DNA of 64,000 nucleotides from an uncultured Pseudomonadales bacterium (GTDB lineage Bacteria; Patescibacteriota; Microgenomatia; UBA1400; UBA12028): NCBI GenBank assembly GCA_964509365.1, contig CAZDWN010000004.1, positions 32,907 to 96,906 of the forward strand, read 5' to 3'. Shown piece by piece: positions 57,997 to 64,000 of this stretch (position 1 is its first letter; each line of letters starts with the position of its first letter). The notes under the pieces were generated by a model. It saw only the letters and a program-made list of their open reading frames with translations, ran no database searches and was not told where the DNA came from. The position numbers and the translations under genes were made by a program.

Positions 57997-59709
57997 ATGT
58001 CGGAGCAGTCGAGTTTTTTAGTTGGTATTCCTACGGAAACTATATGGTCATCATGCAGTGATCTCTCTTCGGGAGCTTTGAAACTCATTCTCGCGATTAC
58101 GACGATTGGACCGGACGCATCATCAGCTGGGAAACTTGCCATCGCAGAGTTCGCAAACTGGCTGAAAAGTGATCCTACTATTGAAGAAGCACAACGCAAG
58201 CTTACCGCTTGGCCACTCGCTCCCGATTGTCAGCTTGTCGTTTGGTTTGAGCGTGAAGGGCTTTCGTTGTTCGCCACCAATGATGGCCTTGTCGGAGTGA
58301 TTCGACAAGGGAAATATTTTCAGATTCTACGTGCGACGCAATCTCTCCAAGTTGTCAGCGGGACTGTCCACGAATCAGACACGCTATTTTTTGGAACGCA
58401 AGCCTTTGCAAGCAGGGTTTTATCGAACTCTTTGCAAACACCGAATTTATTTTCACACCAATCCACTGAACCAGACATGTGTGCCTACTTGCGAAGATCG
58501 CTACTGGATCTTCACGAAGAGCCAACGAGTGTTGTGAGTGAAAAATCGAAAGATGTCATACCTCGCCGAGCCTATTCAGCTCGTACATTTTGGTTGCACG
58601 TCTCGCCTGCATACAAGAAATTACTTTCCTATGTCATCGTCGTGGGTGTGGTGCTCATCGGCATCGCACTTTTACAACGATTTATTCTTTCGGCAAGAGA
58701 TCGCAGAATATCTGGAGCCACAGCGCCACTTTCGAAGCGTTTGTCAGCTATAGAAGCGTCGACTGTAGCAAGAATGGAGAAAGAAAAGCAACTTGACGAA
58801 TTGGTACGTGATACCAATCAAGCAAAAGTAGACAACTCTTCGGATCCGGCCATTGAAAGTAAACTCGAAGTGTTCAGCCTCAATTTGAATTCAGTGTATG
58901 AGCAAATCTCCAAACAGCGACACATTGATCACCTCCCTGTTTTTTATGATTTCCGCTTGATCAGTACGGATTTCGTTGCATCTGAAATCCAGTTTGATCT
59001 GTTGGGAAAGCTCGCAATCTTTCTTGATACGGCACGAGGCAAACTGGTTTCGCTCTCGCTTGAAAAAAAACAACCTCAGGCATTGTCACTCAATAGTGAT
59101 GTGGGGAAATTGCTTTCATTGACGATCGTCGATCGCAAAGCCTATGTTTTGGGGAAAGCCGGTATCTATGAAGTATCGTTGCCGTTGGATACAGAGGGGA
59201 AAGTGGTGGCTTCTGCTTCTGCGGATTGGCAAAGTCCGGAGCGCATTGGAAGTTTTGGAACGAATGTATATGTATTTGACTCGCAAAGCAGGCAAATTTT
59301 TAGATATGACCGTGGCGATTTCTCGAGCTCTCCCTCGGCTTGGTTACGAGGCAAAGGCGGCGTCGATCTCGACACGATTACTTCACTCTCCATCGATGGT
59401 GATGTCTGGGCTGGTACATCAACAGGGACGTTGTATCGGTTTACCCGTGGAGATCGAAGTCAATTTTCCTATCAAGATATCGTCCATCCACCAGAATCCT
59501 CGATCGCTTTGTATACGGCGAATCTCTCGAATAACCTCTACGTCCTCGAACCACGAGCATCAAGGCTTGTCGTTTTTGATAAGACAGGAGTGTATCAGTA
59601 CTCGATCGTTTGCCCTGACTTTGCGGCCTCTACTTCACTCATTGTGGACGAAGACACAAAGCGAGCGTACGTATTGGCAGGAAGCTTGGTGTATGAAGTT
59701 GAGTTGTAA
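57997..59709 (+). CDS. Hypothetical membrane protein (central TM, possibly beta-rich C-terminal domain)
   Basis: 570-aa ORF. TM YVIVVGVVLIGIALL. No family recognised. Confidence 0.5.
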   Translation: MSEQSSFLVGIPTETIWSSCSDLSSGALKLILAITTIGPDASSAGKLAIAEFANWLKSDPTIEEAQRKLTAWPLAPDCQLVVWFEREGLSLFATNDGLVGVIRQGKYFQILRATQSLQVVSGTVHESDTLFFGTQAFASRVLSNSLQTPNLFSHQSTEPDMCAYLRRSLLDLHEEPTSVVSEKSKDVIPRRAYSARTFWLHVSPAYKKLLSYVIVVGVVLIGIALLQRFILSARDRRISGATAPLSKRLSAIEASTVARMEKEKQLDELVRDTNQAKVDNSSDPAIESKLEVFSLNLNSVYEQISKQRHIDHLPVFYDFRLISTDFVASEIQFDLLGKLAIFLDTARGKLVSLSLEKKQPQALSLNSDVGKLLSLTIVDRKAYVLGKAGIYEVSLPLDTEGKVVASASADWQSPERIGSFGTNVYVFDSQSRQIFRYDRGDFSSSPSAWLRGKGGVDLDTITSLSIDGDVWAGTSTGTLYRFTRGDRSQFSYQDIVHPPESSIALYTANLSNNLYVLEPRASRLVVFDKTGVYQYSIVCPDFAASTSLIVDEDTKRAYVLAGSLVYEVEL

Positions 59710-59724
59710 AGGTATAATCCTCTC

Positions 59725-60171
59725 ATGATCCCCTTGATTGAAAATAAAAAAGCTCGAATGGAGTATGCAATCATCGATACGCTCGAAGCTGGCATTGTGC
59801 TGACTGGGCAGGAAGTGAAGTCTTTGCGTGCAAAGCGAGTGTCGATTCATGACGCATTTGTCAGGGTGCTCTCAGGCGAAGTGTATCTGATCAATGCACG
59901 CATCGAGCAACTCCAAAATGTGGCGCATATTGCATACGAGCCGACACAGTCACGCAAACTACTTTTGAAAAAAAAGCAGATTCGCGATCTGGAAGCGCTG
60001 CTTCACACGAAAGGCCTGACTGCAGTCCCACTGATGATCGGGACCAGTAAAAATTACATCAAAGTTTTGATAGGAATTGGGAAAGGGAAGAAGACGTACG
60101 AACGCAAAGATGAACTGAAAGCTCGGGATCTCAAACGAGAGTCCGAGCGAAGTCTAAAACTTCGAAAATGA
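59725..60171 (+). CDS. smpB: SsrA-binding protein SmpB
   Basis: TGQEVKSLR, Y(L)INARIEQ, KLLLKKKQI motifs. Adjacent tmRNA. Confidence 0.9.
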   Translation: MIPLIENKKARMEYAIIDTLEAGIVLTGQEVKSLRAKRVSIHDAFVRVLSGEVYLINARIEQLQNVAHIAYEPTQSRKLLLKKKQIRDLEALLHTKGLTAVPLMIGTSKNYIKVLIGIGKGKKTYERKDELKARDLKRESERSLKLRK

Positions 60172-60213
60172 TGCTAAGTGGGTCAGCTGAGCTGACCATC
60201 ACCAAGCTTAGCT

Positions 60214-60616
60214 TGGTGGAGATGCCCGGATTGAACCGGGGTCCGTATATGAACTTCTACATCGTCTACACACGTAGGCGATTCTTGATAAAGATTAAGC
60301 GGTCAATCTTCAAGCCATACTTAATCATCTCTCATCAAAGATTTCTACCGAAGGGATGAGATACCTTCGATGTAACACACTGACTGTGTTTCCACCTAAA
60401 CCCTGACGTCAGTGAGATAAAGGTCTAGATGTCATTGGATTACGCAGTTGCGTAAACGTTTGAAGTGACTGGTGAGAAGTCAAAAAGACTCTTCACGAAA
60501 GCCACTGCATTGCTAACTTTAGTTGCAATTATGTTTTTGGCTCTGTTTTACGTCTTCTCTAGCCAAAGACGGTGTGCAGATGTAAAAGAGCGATACACGT
60601 CGAAACGTACATCCCC
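60214..60616 (-). ncRNA. ssrA: tmRNA (ssrA), about 403 nt
   Basis: 5' GGGGATGTACGTTTCGACG (conserved UUCGACG). 3' GGACCCCGGTTCAATCCGGGCATCTCCACCA (T-arm plus encoded CCA). G3:U70 wobble in the acceptor stem. Candidate tag ORF ending ...NVYATA-stop. Confidence 0.78.
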
Positions 60617-60668
60617 AAGAGCTCCATTTTACCATATCTCTTGATTCTATTCTCTTGTCTCTCGTATT

Positions 60669-61361
60669 TTAGTGGCCATGTGCGACTGCCACCCCATATA
60701 CCTTTCCGGCTCCAGCCTGCTTGAGAGCTTTGGCGCAAGCCGAGAGAGTCGAACCAGTCGTCACAACATCGTCGACGATGATTATCGTGTCCGATTTGCG
60801 AAGCTTGATACTCACTTTGTACGCATTCGCACTATTCTGAAGTCTGCTCTTTCGATCGAGTCCAGCTTGAGCCGGTGTGGCTTTGACTTTTTTGAGTACC
60901 TGTGAGCTCATCGGCACTCCGAGTGCTTTCTGTAGGTCGCGAGCCAGAAGTTCGCTTTGGTTAAATCCACGGTCCATTTGTTTTCGCCTATGGAGTGGGA
61001 CGGGAAAGATGACTCTCGGGTGCACAGCCTCGCAGAGTCGTGCCTGAACAAGATAATGAGCGAGTAACACTCCCAACGTATGGCTCTCTGCATAAAAGTA
61101 GGAATATTTGATATCGGTGATAAGTGTCTTGATTTCATCTTGAAATGTGGTCATGACGAGAAGACCATCTAGCGCGGTATCGCGCCTGCACTTCTCGTGA
61201 ACCGAGAGTGTTGCAATTTTCTTCATGCATCCTGGACAGAGGGGAAAATCGTACATTGCAATATGTGAGTAGCAGTCTCGACACAAATAGACGCCCCACT
61301 TGCCACATCCCACACAAAATTTAGGAAAGATAAGGTCGAGAAGAAGCTCAACAATACTCAC
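60669..61361 (-). CDS. comFC: ComF family protein (ComFC; phosphoribosyltransferase domain, competence)
   Basis: N-terminal 4-Cys zinc finger (CVGCG...CRDC, CPGC). PRT motif IIIVDDVVTTGSTL. Confidence 0.8.
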   Translation of the reverse strand: MSIVELLLDLIFPKFCVGCGKWGVYLCRDCYSHIAMYDFPLCPGCMKKIATLSVHEKCRRDTALDGLLVMTTFQDEIKTLITDIKYSYFYAESHTLGVLLAHYLVQARLCEAVHPRVIFPVPLHRRKQMDRGFNQSELLARDLQKALGVPMSSQVLKKVKATPAQAGLDRKSRLQNSANAYKVSIKLRKSDTIIIVDDVVTTGSTLSACAKALKQAGAGKVYGVAVAHGH

Positions 61362-61467
61362 AAAAAAATTGTACCACTCTAGCGGACTTTGTCTCGAATG
61401 AAGTGCTCTCCTTCGCGATCTACTTAGCGGACTTTGTCCGCCGTAGTCCCGCTAAGCGGGACGAAGG

Positions 61468-61554
61468 CGGAGAGGGAGGGATTCGAACCCTCGAGGAGCT
61501 TTCACCCCTAGTAGTTTTCAAGACTACCGCACTAAACCACTATGCGACCTCTCC
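61468..61554 (-). tRNA. tRNA-Ser, anticodon TGA
   Basis: 5' half identical to tRNA-Ser(GGA). Anticodon stem GTAGT/ACTAC with loop CUUGAAA. Long variable arm. T-arm GAGGG-TTCGAAT-CCCTC. Confidence 0.8.
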
Positions 61555-61696
61555 TGAGCATACTATTTTACCAGAGTTTATCTTATTTGCGTCTCTCGAC
61601 TTAAAGTGGTAAACTAGCGAAGTATTGTGTGTATGTGACAAGGTGGGGCTCCCACCTTTTTTTAAAGGTAAATAGTAGTATTCAAAGGAAACCAAT

Positions 61697-62767
61697 ATGG
61701 CAGCAAATGCTCAAGCATCAGCCCGAACTGAATTTGCATCGGCCCTGACTCAAATTGCCAGTGAACGTGGCATTGAAGTAAAAACAATCATTGAAGCGAT
61801 CAAAGAAGCCATCAAAGCTGCGTACCGAAAGGACTGGATGCTCCTCAACGCTGACAAAGAATTCGTCGATGAAGATTTTGACGTCGAGATCAATGAGGAT
61901 AGTGGAGAATCTCGAGTGTTTGACATCACTGGCGGGAAGCGAAAGGATGTCACTCCTCCTGGGTTCGGTCGCATCGCTGCACAAACTGCCAAACAAGTGA
62001 TTTTGCAAAAAGTCCGTGAAGCGGAAAAGGATGCAATCATCGCTGATTACACCGATAAGATTGGTACGCTCGTGCAAGGAACAGTCATCCGTTATGATGA
62101 TCGCCATGTGATCGTCGATATCGGTCGAGGCCAGGCCTGGATGCCGGTCGAAGAGCAAATGCGTGGGGAGTTTTATCGCATCAATACCCGTCTGACGTTT
62201 TACATTAAAGACATTCGCGAAATGCATCGTGGGCAAACCATCATCGTCTCAAGAGCCGACAAAAACTTGGTCGCTCGCTTGTTTGAGCGAGAAGTCCCTG
62301 AAGTGGCTTCAAAAGCAGTTGAGATCGTCTCCATCGCGCGTGAAGCGGGTGTACGTACGAAGCTGGCTGTAAAGTCAAGCCAAGAAGGTGTCGATCCAGT
62401 CGGTGCTTGTGTCGGACAGAAGGGTGTTCGCGTCCAAGAAGTCATCAAAGAAGTAAATAATGAGAAAATTGATATCATCCAGTCGGCTGAAGATGCTCGT
62501 ACCTTTATCCAAGCAGCATTGGCTCCTGCAGAGCATCTCAAAGTCACCTTGGATGAAGAGAAGAAGGCAGCAAAAGTAGTTTGTCCAGATGATCAGCTTT
62601 CTCTTGCTATTGGCCGAAATGGTCAAAATGCCAGATTGGCTGCTAAACTGACAGGGTGGCACATCACCATCGTCGGTGAGACCACTCAACCAGAAAATGC
62701 GCAAACAGAATTTAGTGCGGCAGAAGATGTAATCGAACCAAAAGTAGAGGAAGCTCAAACAGAATAA
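61697..62767 (+). CDS. nusA: Transcription termination/antitermination protein NusA
   Basis: N-terminal domain, S1 domain (GTLVQGTVIRYDDRHVIVDIG) and two KH domains (GACVGQKGVRVQEV; IGRNGQNARLAAKLTGW). Confidence 0.9.
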   Translation: MAANAQASARTEFASALTQIASERGIEVKTIIEAIKEAIKAAYRKDWMLLNADKEFVDEDFDVEINEDSGESRVFDITGGKRKDVTPPGFGRIAAQTAKQVILQKVREAEKDAIIADYTDKIGTLVQGTVIRYDDRHVIVDIGRGQAWMPVEEQMRGEFYRINTRLTFYIKDIREMHRGQTIIVSRADKNLVARLFEREVPEVASKAVEIVSIAREAGVRTKLAVKSSQEGVDPVGACVGQKGVRVQEVIKEVNNEKIDIIQSAEDARTFIQAALAPAEHLKVTLDEEKKAAKVVCPDDQLSLAIGRNGQNARLAAKLTGWHITIVGETTQPENAQTEFSAAEDVIEPKVEEAQTE

Positions 62768-62774
62768 TATTGTA

Positions 62775-64000
62775 TGGCAATTGAAGTGAGACCACCAGTT
62801 ATCGCGATCATGGGTCATGTCGACCACGGCAAGACTTCACTTTTGGATGCAATCCGAAAGACGAATGTCGCAGCTGGAGAGGCTGGCGGAATTACTCAGC
62901 ACATTGGTGCATATCAAATCGAACATGCAGGTCGAAAGCTCACATTCCTCGATACACCAGGCCATGCAGCATTTTCAAAGATGCGATCTCGAGGTGCAAA
63001 TGTCACAGATATCGTCGTGCTTGTCGTCGCTGCAGATGATGGTGTGAAACCACAGACGCTCGAGTCAATCGAGCACATCAAGCAATCAAAGGTCGAGTAC
63101 ATCGTCGCGATCAACAAAATTGATATGCCAGGTGCTGATGTCATCCGCGTGAAAACGCAACTTGCGGAGCATGAAGTCTTCTTGGAGGGTTTTGGTGGAA
63201 CTGTCTCCGCTGTAGAAGTAAGTGCGAAGACGAAAAAAGGAGTGCCTGAACTACTCGATTTGTTGACGCTGACAGCTGATTTGAAAGACCTCAAGGCAGA
63301 TCCAGCAGGATCATTTCGTGGAGTTGTCATCGAGTCTGGGAAAGATTCGCACACAGGTAATTATGCGACGATTCTCGTCAAAGAAGGAAGCCTCAAAGTA
63401 CGTAATGATGTCTATATTGGCGATCGCAAAGAGCGCGTCCGTACCATGGTCGATGAAAACAGCAAGGCAGTCAAAGAAGCATTGCCAGGTCAACCAGTTC
63501 GCATTGTCGGCTGGCAAGAAGTCCCTGCAATTGGTGCGCTCGTGAGCCACGACATCAGTGCAAATACAGATCTTGAACGCACAGCGGTCCCTGTGACTGA
63601 TGAAACCAAACTTCGCATGATCATCAAAGCTGACGTCGCCGGTTCTCTTGAAGCGTTGATTGGTAGCATGCCTCCAGAAGTTGCGATCTTGAGTAGTAGT
63701 GTCGGTGATGTGACGGAATCAGATGTGCTGTTAGCACAGACGACAGGCTCTCGTATCTTGGCTTTCCAAGTCAAAGTTGCAAAATCCGTTCAAGAGCTCG
63801 CCGACAATCACAATGTAAAGATCCGCACGTACAAGATCATCTACGAGTTGCTCGAAGATCTTGAAAAAATCGTCTTTGCTTTCCTCAATCCAAAAGCCAA
63901 TGAAGTCACGCTCGGAAAAGCAGAGATCATCGCTCAATTTGAGATCAAGGGCGACAAAATTGCTGGCTGCAAAGTGACCGAAGGTGAGATCAAACGCGGA
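62775..64000 (+). CDS. infB: Translation initiation factor IF-2, short form beginning at the G domain (3'-truncated by the window edge)
   Basis: IAIMGHVDHGKTSLLD (G1), DTPGH (G3), NKID (G4). The ORF continues past the window end and so was omitted by the ORF track. Confidence 0.9.

Noticed and set aside
60168-60359. 63-aa plus-strand ORF after smpB
   Set aside because: Lies entirely within the tmRNA gene encoded on the opposite strand.

Overview
This 64 kb window has the gene content and small, tightly packed genes of a CPR/Patescibacteria-like (Saccharibacteria-type) bacterium; that lineage assignment is inference. The standard genetic code applies: TGA is used as a stop, for example at 49852-49854. 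The tool's ORF track omits ORFs that run off the window edge, so the edge genes at 1..1840 and 62775..64000 are called from my own translation.

First third (1-22.4 kb): the chromosomal replication origin region. The minus-strand block is rpmH-rnpA-yidD-yidC-jag/khpB-rnhA. It faces dnaA-dnaN on the plus strand, with consensus DnaA boxes (TTATCCACA) in the flanking intergenic regions. After dnaN come tRNA-Arg(CCG) and tRNA-Ser(GGA), pentose-phosphate genes (rpiB, rpe), LOG, a pfkB kinase, cmk, two paralogous class A PBPs flanking a GH18 hydrolase, a CPBP protease, RNase J, a DUF59 protein, tRNA-Ser(CGA) and tRNA-Arg(GCG).

Remainder (23-55 kb): dominated by a Gram-positive/CPR-style type IV secretion (T4SS)-like locus. 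It contains a VirB4/TrbE ATPase, a PrgI/VirB3-like protein and a VirB6/TrbL-like polytopic membrane protein. It also contains three giant proteins (1209, 1206 and 1156 aa). One has a clan GH-A glycosidase domain plus a VirB1-like lytic transglycosylase domain. One has a glycine-zipper membrane segment plus a metzincin-like HExxH motif. A secreted lamin-tail-domain protein lies within the locus. Eleven paralogous T4SS-pilin-like (TrbC/VirB2-type) genes are present, 8 in one tandem array and 3 in a second cluster; one of these has a large N-terminal adhesin-like domain. An ECF sigma factor with a putative anti-sigma gene is transcribed divergently from the main pilin array.

Housekeeping islands (tRNA-binding protein, ftsH and a 5'-3' exonuclease; idi, isopentenyl phosphate kinase and uppS) interrupt the locus. 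No VirD4, VirB11, relaxase, integrase or transposase is seen in the window.

The 3' part holds a SpoIID/LytB cell-wall protein, smpB with an adjacent tmRNA (ssrA, minus strand, G3:U70 acceptor), comFC, tRNA-Ser(TGA), nusA and the start of a short-form infB.
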